Shown here piece after piece: positions 16,872 through 24,348 of a stretch of 64,000 bases of DNA. The DNA comes from a virus. The stretch lies in the IMG/VR virus record IMGVR_UViG_3300009008_000003; one strand, 5' to 3'. A model generated the notes under the pieces. That model was not told where the DNA came from, did not search any database, and saw nothing but the letters and a program-made list of their open reading frames with translations. How positions within the stretch are numbered: position 1 is the stretch's first letter; the number at the start of each line of letters is the position of its first letter. The position numbers and the translations under genes are program-made.

Positions 16872-17153
16872 TTATTTATCTTCTAAAAATAACATAAATA
16901 GTAGTTTTAGTTCTCCTACCGTTTTCCAGGTTTTACCTTCCCCAAGTTGTACTCCATCAAAACTATCCTCCTCTGAGAATAAATAGTGACCATTTCCAAA
17001 ATCATACTCATAGTAATGGAGCTTCGGTTCGTTTTTTTCTCTTGGGATATCAACCCGTACAAACTCAAAATCAATAAATGTTTGTTCCGTTATAGGAGTT
17101 TCATCCATAAACGGCATTAGGTCTTCAATCGCTATTGTCTTTATCTTCGTCAT
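16872..17153 (-). CDS. hypothetical protein
   Basis: ORF track. Confidence 0.55.
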   Translation of the reverse strand: MTKIKTIAIEDLMPFMDETPITEQTFIDFEFVRVDIPREKNEPKLHYYEYDFGNGHYLFSEEDSFDGVQLGEGKTWKTVGELKLLFMLFLEDK

Positions 17154-17397
17154 CGAACTTCTCCTTGTGTTTAGTAAGGTTAGATACTACTATTCCATCG
17201 TGTTCGAAGGTGTCTTCGCACACATCACTGAATTCAAATCTAAGCTCGTCACCTTCTTTCCACCCAAGTTTTTGTATTAACTCATCAGGTAATAACACAT
17301 AACCATCTAAAGTGATTGTGGTTTTATATATTTTATTACCTAACACATTCTCAACACCTTCAAGTGTCTCTTTCATTTCTTCTTTTACTCTACTCAT
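17125..17397 (-). CDS. AbrB/MazE-like swapped-hairpin domain protein
   Basis: DGYVLLPDELIQKLGWKEGDELRF. Confidence 0.75.
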   Translation of the reverse strand: MSRVKEEMKETLEGVENVLGNKIYKTTITLDGYVLLPDELIQKLGWKEGDELRFEFSDVCEDTFEHDGIVVSNLTKHKEKFDDEDKDNSD

Positions 17398-17421
17398 TTT
17401 ATCTCCTTTTATTTAGAATAG

Positions 17422-17494
17422 TGGAGGATGAGGTAGTCGAAACCCCGTCTGCTGGGTGCAAGCCAACTATTTTGACCACTTAAATTAATCCCCC
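17422..17494 (-). tRNA. tRNA-Ala(UGC)
   Basis: Loop CUUGCAC; G3:U70 pair. Confidence 0.88.
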
Positions 17495-17598
17495 GTTGAT
17501 TCCTCTTTCTTTTTTAGACGGTATTTGTCTATGGCATGCTTTTTCCAGTTAAGATACATCTGCTAACAAAATAATCAACTGATTATTTACTCAATTTT

Positions 17599-17820
17599 TC
17601 AACCACCGGAAGTACATTCTTTAGGTGGTTTATCTTTATTTTTGTAGTCTGTTGCGTAGAAGCCAGAACCTTTAAGAATAGGGCTTCCACCAGCTTTCAT
17701 AATCCGTTCAGGCCTTCCAGCGTTACACTCTGGACATCTATCCGGAGGCGACATGTCCATTCCTTGGAATACATCGAATTTGTGTTCGCACTTACTACAT
17801 TTAAATGTATATGTTGGCAT
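17599..17820 (-). CDS. FmdB-family zinc-ribbon protein
   Basis: MPTYTFKCSKC.H.F...CPEC...KGSGFYATDY. Confidence 0.9.
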   Translation of the reverse strand: MPTYTFKCSKCEHKFDVFQGMDMSPPDRCPECNAGRPERIMKAGGSPILKGSGFYATDYKNKDKPPKECTSGG

Positions 17821-17851
17821 ATTACTCCTTATATATTATAAACTAATTAAG

Positions 17852-17964
17852 AGCCCGCAGCGAGACTCGAACTCGCAACCTAGGGAGTATACACCTCCGG
17901 CTGCGATGCATGGGTTGTGTACGTTAATAAGACTCCCCTGTTCTACCAATTGAACTATACGGGC
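17852..17964 (-). ncRNA. tRNA-like RNA (Phe/Lys-like body) with ~40-nt insert in the anticodon loop
   Basis: GCCCGUA/UGCGGGC, D and T arms canonical; GGGGAGU...ACUCCCU stem with inner GUACAC/GUGUAU helix. Confidence 0.85.
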
Positions 17965-17969
17965 AAAAG

Positions 17970-18143
17970 GGCAAACGACGAGATTCGAACTCGCACTTTT
18001 TAAGCGGTCTGTTACCCGCAGGGACCCGCATATGGGACTTAAATTCCTTAACCGCTTTCCTTCAGCTAAGACTTGCCACCTATAAGCTTTCTGCGAACGC
18101 ATAGCTTATTCTATTCACTCTGCCAATTTAAGTTACGTTTGCC
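17970..18143 (-). ncRNA. tRNA-like RNA with ~120-nt two-hairpin insert replacing the anticodon/variable arms
   Basis: (G)GCAAACG/CGUUUGC(C), D arm ACUU..GAGU, T arm GCGAG-UUCGAAU-CUCGU; inner stems AUAAGCU/AGCUUAU and AAGCGGU/ACCGCUU. Confidence 0.75.
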
Positions 18144-18147
18144 ATAA

Positions 18148-18266
18148 AAGGGACAGAAGGACTCGAACCCACATTCTCCAGAAAGCGGTACTCATACTAT
18201 AGACGGGCCCGCCCATGGTCAGCAGAGTCCTACCCTCCGGTGTTTTACCAATTAAACTACATCCCT
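18148..18266 (-). ncRNA. tRNA-like RNA (Trp-like body) with ~50-nt insert in the anticodon loop
   Basis: AGGGAUG/UGUCCCU, D arm GUUU..AAAC, CCGGA/UCUGG stem extended by GGUA/UACC, CUC/GAG and AUGGGC/GCCCGU helices. Confidence 0.8.
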
Positions 18267-18294
18267 GCGAATTGTAGCACGCAGCTACAATTCA

Positions 18295-18470
18295 TCAACC
18301 AGTGTGCTTTTACGCCAAAGACGGTAGGAAGACGCTCCTTACCCGCGGACCTCACTACGTCTTTTTCCTAGGAGGCTGCTTTTAACATACCGCTACATCA
18401 CAGAGTTGCTATGCATATGTGTGTCGTCACTCTTTAAATGTGGCTGCTTCTAAGCCAACATCCTGGTTGA
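18295..18470 (-). ncRNA. 23S rRNA L11/GTPase-associated-centre (H43-H44) mimic with ~113-nt insertion
   Basis: UCAACCAGGAUGUUGGCUUAGAAGCAGCCACAUUUAAAGAGU[insert]GCGUAAAAGCACACUGGUUGA, compared with bacterial 23S ~1051-1108. Confidence 0.85.
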
Positions 18471-18471
18471 T

Positions 18472-18843
18472 TTAATAATGACGTTTTCTGTGGCAGTTAG
18501 CACAAAGAAGAATACATTTATCTAATTCTTTTTTGATAGATTCTAGGCTTTTAGAAGTTTTACTTATAGTAAAATCCTTATCTCCTTTTATATGATGAAA
18601 ATCATATATTGCTTTATTTTTATCTCGGGTGCCGCAGTCTTGACATTTACCGCCAAGATATTCAACTGCCTGTGTTTTTATAAGTTTTCGTCTTTTGCTC
18701 CCATACTCTAAACGACATGTTTTACAATAAGAATCTAAATATTTCCATATTTGTCCATTTTTACCGCGTTGTTGTTGAGAATAGAAGGATGCACTGGGTT
18801 TTTTCTGCTTACATTTTTTGCAGGTTTTTTCTTTTTTAATCAT
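18472..18843 (-). CDS. HNH endonuclease
   Basis: CKKC..CKTC, AVEYLGGKCQDCG, YDFHH, ELDKCILLCANCHRKRH. Confidence 0.9.
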   Translation of the reverse strand: MIKKEKTCKKCKQKKPSASFYSQQQRGKNGQIWKYLDSYCKTCRLEYGSKRRKLIKTQAVEYLGGKCQDCGTRDKNKAIYDFHHIKGDKDFTISKTSKSLESIKKELDKCILLCANCHRKRHY

Positions 18844-18848
18844 ACATT

Positions 18849-18877
18849 AATATAGCACATTAATGAGTGATTGTCAA
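18849..18877 (-). promoter_or_regulatory. sigma70-like promoter (probably leaderless HNH mRNA)
   Basis: TTGACA-17 nt-TATATT, with ATG 6 nt downstream of the -10. Confidence 0.7.
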
Positions 18878-18885
18878 GCTTTGAA

Positions 18886-18962
18886 TCCGGCTGGAAGGAA
18901 TCGAACCTCCGAAATTTCCTGGTCCCAAACCAGGCGCCCTAACCTGACTAGGCTACAGCCGG
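18886..18962 (-). tRNA. tRNA-Pro(UGG)
   Basis: CCUGG-UUUGGGA-CCAGG. Confidence 0.92.
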
Positions 18963-19000
18963 AAAATACCCCTAACCTAAACGGTTAAGACTATTTTTAC

Positions 19001-19390
19001 TTATTCCACAATTTTTGCTTTAAGCTCTTCATAGGTGAGATTATGATATGAACGCTGGTGTGTCACAGGATCGACCACGACGAATACTATTTTATTTATT
19101 TTACATATTTCTTTTTTAGTGGTCATGTTACGAACCATACATTCGATGGTAATCGAGCTATTACCCACCTCGACGAGATCACATCCAATTTCGATAAGAT
19201 CGCCCTTACTTGCGGGTGACACAAAGTCTACTTCAGATATGTACTTAGTGACAATAGAGTTAATGCCTGTTTTTGACATTACCCACACAGCCGCTTCCTC
19301 GTCAAGCCAGCTTAATAACCGACCGCCGAATAGTGTTTCGTGACTATTCAAGTCACCTGGCTTAATTAAATGCACCGAACGATATTCCAT
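19001..19390 (-). CDS. acyl-CoA thioesterase (hotdog fold)
   Basis: PGDLNSHETLFGGRLLSWLDE, VDF.SP...GDLIE, VFVVVD. Confidence 0.9.
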   Translation of the reverse strand: MEYRSVHLIKPGDLNSHETLFGGRLLSWLDEEAAVWVMSKTGINSIVTKYISEVDFVSPASKGDLIEIGCDLVEVGNSSITIECMVRNMTTKKEICKINKIVFVVVDPVTHQRSYHNLTYEELKAKIVE

Positions 19391-20676
19391 TAATCCGTCC
19401 TTTCGCCTTCTTCGTGAACGCGTTTTAGTGTTGGGAATCTTAATGAGGGTTTACCTGTTTTCGCATCTTTACATTCTTCAAAATATTTAACCGTTATTTG
19501 TTTTCCAATAAGCTGCTCTGGGTGATAATAGTATTGTACACGTTGGTCATGAGACCAACCGGACCCTACCCCTACTTCGTTTTCTTTGTACATAATAATA
19601 GCCTTTGTCATACAAAGAATTTCTTCTTCGAGCCCAGATTGCTGGCTTATAATACGGAATGGCCCTGTTTCTACACTAACGACTTTAAATTCATCATCTT
19701 TAAATTTCTTTAGTTTAAGAAGTTCATCTGTTCTCTTACCTTTATAGGCAACATTTTTTCTGATCATGATGCCTTCCCAGCCAGACTCTTCGGCTTTATC
19801 CGTAAGCTCTTTAAGATGATTTTCATCTTTGATAAGCTCGTGATTAACTATTTTTATTTTTTTATTATTTAATACTTTTACCAACTTATCGTGCCGTTGA
19901 ACAAGAGTATCTGTAGATGCCGCGTTATCAAAATCCTCTGTACTTAACATATCGAATACCAGGAATTCTGGATTAGGGATAGTGTAATCTTTTTTACGAA
20001 CCAGTTTTACAATGGAAGAAAAATCTTCATCTCCATTTTCGTCAACCATGCAAAGTTCTCCATCTAAAACACAGTTTTTAAGCCCAAGCTCTTTTATCTC
20101 TTCAGCAAGTTTACCAAGAGTTGTAAAAGGTTTACCAGTACGAGAATAGAACAAAGTGTTTCCTCCAGCGTCTATTTTAGCTATACACCGTACTCCGTCC
20201 AGTTTGCGGGAAGCATACCACCCATTTTTGTAATCTACCTTTTTCTTATGTTCCTCATATACTTTAGCAAGAGTTACTTTAAACTCTTTAATAGTATTTG
20301 GCCATACCTGGTTAATTTGCTTAATACCTAATCTAACCTTTAGATTTTTATCTAATATCATGTGGACTATATCGCCATATCCGTTGCAGCTTGCACAATA
20401 ATCATTTATAGTGCGATGAGCTTCATGACCACTTAATCTGCCACTTGCTAAATCATCCAACATTGCTGTTAGACTAACATAGCTATTTTCTGGGGTGTCT
20501 TTTATGTTAAGCTTTAGCAAATTTGCTGAAGTTATACCAAACTGTTTGTCTGGATTATGCGCGTACTCAAAGTATGTTTTTGTATCTGGATACTTAGCTA
20601 ATATTTTCTTCTTTTCGGTCATCGAATTAGTTGTATTTAATTCATCTAGACATGTTTTTAATAATTTTAAACTCAT
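19390..20676 (-). CDS. lig: ATP-dependent DNA ligase
   Basis: KLDGVRC (motif I), LDGEL, FLVFD, WEGIMIR, LLKLK, OB-fold VGSG, SLRFP. Confidence 0.95.
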   Translation of the reverse strand: MSLKLLKTCLDELNTTNSMTEKKKILAKYPDTKTYFEYAHNPDKQFGITSANLLKLNIKDTPENSYVSLTAMLDDLASGRLSGHEAHRTINDYCASCNGYGDIVHMILDKNLKVRLGIKQINQVWPNTIKEFKVTLAKVYEEHKKKVDYKNGWYASRKLDGVRCIAKIDAGGNTLFYSRTGKPFTTLGKLAEEIKELGLKNCVLDGELCMVDENGDEDFSSIVKLVRKKDYTIPNPEFLVFDMLSTEDFDNAASTDTLVQRHDKLVKVLNNKKIKIVNHELIKDENHLKELTDKAEESGWEGIMIRKNVAYKGKRTDELLKLKKFKDDEFKVVSVETGPFRIISQQSGLEEEILCMTKAIIMYKENEVGVGSGWSHDQRVQYYYHPEQLIGKQITVKYFEECKDAKTGKPSLRFPTLKRVHEEGERTD

Positions 20677-20682
20677 AGGTTC

Positions 20683-20886
20683 CTATATCATAAGGTTATT
20701 TTGTATCTTTGTTAATAATTGTAAGTATATGCAATCATTTTTATGTTTCACCTCGTCTGCATCAAATGCTGTTGCAAAACAATGCTTACAAAATTTTTCT
20801 GGTCTTCTATCATCATAGGTGATTGATACTTCCTCTATTAGTAAAAATCTTTCCATCTCTTCTAACAGCTCTCTTGATATTTGCAT
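20683..20886 (-). CDS. hypothetical protein (CxxC, H..C)
   Basis: ORF in operon. Confidence 0.5.
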   Translation of the reverse strand: MQISRELLEEMERFLLIEEVSITYDDRRPEKFCKHCFATAFDADEVKHKNDCIYLQLLTKIQNNLMI

Positions 20887-21558
20887 TTATACTCCTAACT
20901 TATTTATTTTTCTTGGGTCCCACTTGGTCATCCAGTGAACCCCATCTTCATTTATCTCTTTTACAAACTCTGGGCGAACTATTTTGCCCTTCATTTGTTT
21001 ACGATAGTTCTTGACAACTATCCCTTCGCGCTCGTGATCTGTGCTGTAAGCAGATGGCCCTTCTACCAGGTCTTCTATCTCGGTAATAGAATCAACATAG
21101 CCCTCATAAAGCAAAGGCACCAGTTTAATTCCCAGTTCAAAACAGATTAGTTGTTTATCGTCCCTGTTTACAAATTTGCCCTCTTGGAAAATATCTATAC
21201 AGATAAACCAGTCAGGAAGATTATCATAGTATATATGATGAGTAGCCCACATAAATTCGCCATAGATAATTGTATTCTTTGGCATGTAATACGTCAGGGC
21301 TCCCCACCGCTCATTAGCCCACGCTTTCAATCGACCAAATTGTGGATGTTCTCCCTCGTCTACAAGTGAGCCGCGTTTTTGTAAACGAAAACCGTCTTTG
21401 GTAGCGATAATGCCAACGTTAGCACCATCTATTTTTTCTTCTACCGTTAAGTAACCGTTAAGAAGTTGTTTAACTTCTTTCTTGCTTAGCTTTCTTTTAC
21501 CTGAAACATTGTATTTATTTGTAGGTATTCGAAAAGTTTTTTCGTATTTTCTAAACAT
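20887..21558 (-). CDS. RNA ligase family nucleotidyltransferase (Rnl2-like)
   Basis: YEKTFRIP, EEKIDGAN (motif I), IYGEF, REGIVVK, KGKIVRPEF. Confidence 0.85.
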   Translation of the reverse strand: MFRKYEKTFRIPTNKYNVSGKRKLSKKEVKQLLNGYLTVEEKIDGANVGIIATKDGFRLQKRGSLVDEGEHPQFGRLKAWANERWGALTYYMPKNTIIYGEFMWATHHIYYDNLPDWFICIDIFQEGKFVNRDDKQLICFELGIKLVPLLYEGYVDSITEIEDLVEGPSAYSTDHEREGIVVKNYRKQMKGKIVRPEFVKEINEDGVHWMTKWDPRKINKLGV

Positions 21559-21589
21559 GACATCTCCTTTAAACTAAAAAAATAAACAA

Positions 21590-21662
21590 CGCCATCCCTA
21601 GGAATTGAACCTAGAACCACCTGATTAACAGTCAGGCACTCTGCCAATTGAGTTAGAATGGC
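21590..21662 (-). tRNA. tRNA-Asn(GUU)
   Basis: CCUGA-CUGUUAA-UCAGG; G73. Confidence 0.92.
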
Positions 21663-21665
21663 CTA

Positions 21666-21812
21666 TATGCTCCCTAACAGCGAGCATAGCAGTGTCGTGA
21701 GAGGCATTGCTACCTGTGTCTTTCGGGGTTTCTGGTTTGGAGCAAACTACTACAAACCCTTTTTCGTAATTTTTAAAATAAGGGCGGGGCACCTATCCTT
21801 GTGCCGCCGCCC
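21666..21812 (-). ncRNA. unassigned hairpin-rich RNA candidate
   Basis: GGGCGGCGGCAC/GUGCCCCGCCC, GGGUUU/AAACCC, AGGUA-GCAA-UGCCU, AUGCUC/GAGCAU. Confidence 0.4.
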
Positions 21813-21904
21813 AGAACATTTTTTATCTTTATTCAATTATGTAAATTGTACAGATTATAAGTCTGTTGCACTATGCGTGCTAAAGATGTAGTCTTCCACT
21901 ATCG

Positions 21905-22110
21905 CTTTCCATGCCTATTCGTTTTAGTCTAATACTTCTGCTCTGCCACTGAGCTAATTCGCCATCAGTGGCACTATAGGTTTGCCATTGCTGCCCAGTT
22001 ATGAGCTGGGTGTACGCAGTTTAGGTTGCGCTATAATGCCTTTGGAGGCGAATATGGGGATCGAACCCATGCGCGAAGGGGTTTTACGAATATCATGTAC
22101 TCGCATGAAA
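21905..22110 (-). ncRNA. circularly permuted tRNA-like RNA (3' half first, 5' half last; YrlA-like topology)
   Basis: 3' half 22043-22092 (T arm, AUUCGCC-U-CCA) precedes 5' half 21916-21963 (GGCGAAU, D arm). Halves pair in acceptor (7 bp), anticodon stem (GAAG/CUUC) and extension (ACGAAUA/UAUUCGU). Confidence 0.75.
21969..22040 (-). tRNA. tRNA-Met(CAU)-like with degenerate T arm, nested between the permuted halves
   Basis: GGCAUUA/UAGUGCC-A; CCCAG-CUCAUAA-CUGGG; T loop reduced to GGCAAACC. Confidence 0.65.
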
Positions 22111-22261
22111 CAGTTTCATGACCGTTAAACTATACGGCGAAACACTAATCATTAAGCTGACCCATACACTACCTTCTTTAACGTCCGGTCGTATGGTTGT
22201 GATTCTAAAGCTGAGGCTACCGTATATTAAGGCGATCGCTTTTATATTCTATATAATGCGA

Positions 22262-23005
22262 TCATCCTTTATTGATGAAATTGAAAATCTTGGAACCGAT
22301 TTTAACGTCTTGAGCGATGACTTGGTTGGCCTTTACTCGTGCTTTCTTGACGGCTCTGATAAGAGAGTCAATACGTCCTAGACGTTCAGATTTTTCTCCA
22401 GGAGTAAGTCTGGCAGAATTGTAAATCGTTTCGTAAGAACCGACTTGTTCTTCCTTTACAACAAGTTGTACCTGTGCAGGATGCTCCTTAGTTGCGGGAG
22501 CTAATTCAATCGGAACTTGTTTCTTAACTACACGAAAACGTACTTCAGGATCAGTTTTCATGAAGCCAGAACCGGCACCGGTGTCTTTTTTCCAGACTCG
22601 AGCGGGATCCAGTGTAGGAATCGCTTTGTACATGGCACGAATTTCCATGAGCTGGGTTTCCAGGGCCAGCAACGAGGTAGCAGAAAGCTCCACTTCATCG
22701 TTACCGATTTTGACAGCCGACTTAGCCGAGCCAGAACTATTAGTCATCTCTTTGGAAACGATAGCATCCACGCTTTTGGATACTTGCTTGGCTACAAAAG
22801 CGAGTTTATCGTCAACAGTTGTGACAATCGCTTTTTCGTCTTTGGGGATCTGTTCCCCGTCTTCATCCATAGGGCTATAAGTTTTCAGAACCCCGTCGAA
22901 ATGTTCGGAACGTTTGGTGAACGTTGTGATGCCCTCACCCAAAGCATTTGTTGCAGAAGATCTCAACGAACCTTCCACGGCTAGCAATTCATGTAATTTA
23001 CCCAC
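22262..23005 (-). CDS. conserved hypothetical protein
   Basis: 247-aa helical ORF (MGKLHELLAVEG...). Confidence 0.8.
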   Translation of the reverse strand: MGKLHELLAVEGSLRSSATNALGEGITTFTKRSEHFDGVLKTYSPMDEDGEQIPKDEKAIVTTVDDKLAFVAKQVSKSVDAIVSKEMTNSSGSAKSAVKIGNDEVELSATSLLALETQLMEIRAMYKAIPTLDPARVWKKDTGAGSGFMKTDPEVRFRVVKKQVPIELAPATKEHPAQVQLVVKEEQVGSYETIYNSARLTPGEKSERLGRIDSLIRAVKKARVKANQVIAQDVKIGSKIFNFINKG

Positions 23006-23099
23006 GTAAATATACTCCTTCTTTGTTAAGACTTACACTGATTTGAGTTGTTATATATCAAAGACCTTGTTAATGTTACTCAATAAAACATTAATAAAA

Positions 23100-23174
23100 T
23101 AGCAGAGACGGGACTCGAACCCGTGACCTAGAGGTTATGAACCTCTCGAGCTAAACCAACTGCTCCACTCTGCA
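23100..23174 (-). tRNA. tRNA-Met(CAU), initiator-like
   Basis: AGAGG-UUCAUAA-CCUCU; fMet-type D arm GGAGCAG..GCUCG; 1:72 mismatch; only two G-C pairs next to the loop. Confidence 0.88.
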
Positions 23175-23189
23175 TATGTAGTTTTACTT

Positions 23190-23453
23190 TAGCTATTTCT
23201 TGGGTCTTCGGGCATCCGTCCCACCGGTACACGAAGTGTCTGGTGCGGTCCGTGCCCGTTGAGGGCCCTGAATAGCTAGTGTGAGATTTCCCTGGCTTCC
23301 GTCCAGGCACGGAGGCTGCCCGCGTGCCGCTGCAGTTCCGCGGGGACATGCCGGCTCCGGGCGCGCGAGCTCACAATGCGAAGCATTGACTGCTTCGGCA
23401 GGACGCTACGTCCTACCCAACTAGAAACCCTTATTCAAGGCTCAACTTCTAGT
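23190..23453 (-). ncRNA. unassigned GC-rich structured RNA (~230-260 nt)
   Basis: Sharp GC island; UUGGGU/ACCCAA, GUGAG/CUCAC, AGCUAUU/AAUAGCU long-range pairings plus ~6 hairpins. Confidence 0.7.
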
Positions 23454-23475
23454 CAGTAAAATAATCTAAAACTAG

Positions 23476-23842
23476 TGGAGACGGCGGGAATTGAACCCGC
23501 GTCCATCAAAACCTTTAACCAAAGTCATTCACAGCTTAGTTAGTTTTTTACACTTTATTTAAAGACGCTAGTAACGCTTCACTAAACAACGCTCATTATC
23601 GTCTACTCCGAGTTGGTCTCCTCGGTTGTCACAGAGTGGATTTAAATTTGTATCGCCATTAAATCCCTATGGCTAGTCAGTTATTTTTACGCCACTATCA
23701 GTACCAACTAACAGGTCTGTAGTAGCGGGTAGCCCTCAGGCTGCCAAAGCGTAAGATTTATCATTTAAATTTTGGTAAGCCTATGACTAGGCTTATGCTG
23801 CACTTCGATCTCAAATAACGACGTCGAAACCAATTCGTCCCC
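23476..23842 (-). ncRNA. ssrA: tmRNA; tag (A)DKSYALAA at 23736-23762
   Basis: GGGGACGAAUUGGUUUCGAC...GGACGCGGGUUCAAUUCCCGCCGUCUCCA; G3:U70; ORF GAT AAA TCT TAC GCT TTG GCA GCC TGA. Confidence 0.95.
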
Positions 23843-23847
23843 ATAAA

Positions 23848-23936
23848 TTGCGCTGGATGGACTCGAACCACCATTTGCGGGCTCTTAGTAAGCTGGCCAG
23901 CTTTGTCCCGTGCGTTACCAACTTCGCCACAGCGCA
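23848..23936 (-). ncRNA. tRNA-like RNA with palindromic insert in the anticodon loop
   Basis: UGCGCUG/CAGCGCA, D and T arms intact; CGGG...CCCG encloses AAGCUGGCCAGCUU. Confidence 0.75.
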
Positions 23937-24103
23937 AAAATTGCTCAGCTATATGAGCGCTTGGCATAATGCCTTCCATTCCTATGTATTCCTTAAATAA
24001 AGGCGCCCATAGACGATACCTGTACACATTCAGGTCGGAATGTTACGCATGAATTTCGCCGCCCATAATGACGGGTACTTTTCAGAGGCGTCCGGATTAT
24101 CAA

Positions 24104-24175
24104 TGCGAAAGACGGGAGTCGAACCACGTGACCTTCCGCAGCTCTTGCGGATACTATTCACTGAGCTACTTTCGC
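24104..24175 (-). pseudogene. degenerate tRNA-like gene
   Basis: GCGAAAG/CUUUCGC-A; D stem broken; UCCGCA-AGAGC-UGCGGA hairpin (5-nt loop); bulged T stem. Confidence 0.6.
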
Positions 24176-24195
24176 TTATATAAAAAAGGAACAAT

Positions 24196-24223
24196 AAAAA
24201 AGGCGACCTATGGCCGCCTTTTA
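24196..24223 (-). terminator. intrinsic terminator (possibly bidirectional)
   Basis: AAAAAGGCG-ACCTATGGC-CGCCTTTT. Confidence 0.6.
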
Positions 24224-24348
24224 ATAGTCAACTCGACCATGAAAAATTTTTAAGATGTATTTCTCCCTTGGTATAATACCGCCTTGGTAGACGGAATTAT
24301 AGCGCTAAAGACGAGATGTTTTTTCATTGTATCTTCCATGATAGAGTT

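Noticed and set aside
17880-17935. Archaeal-type BHB intron at 37/38 giving tRNA-Lys(CUU)
   Set aside because: Positions 32-35 do not pair with the insert end as a BHB requires; the same test failed for the rRNA-mimic insert
23128-23349. 73-aa minus-strand ORF (MSPRNCSG...) and similar ORFs at 9660, 11664, 15469, 16093, 17836, 23761
   Set aside because: They overlap tRNA, tmRNA or structured RNA, so they are most likely shadow ORFs
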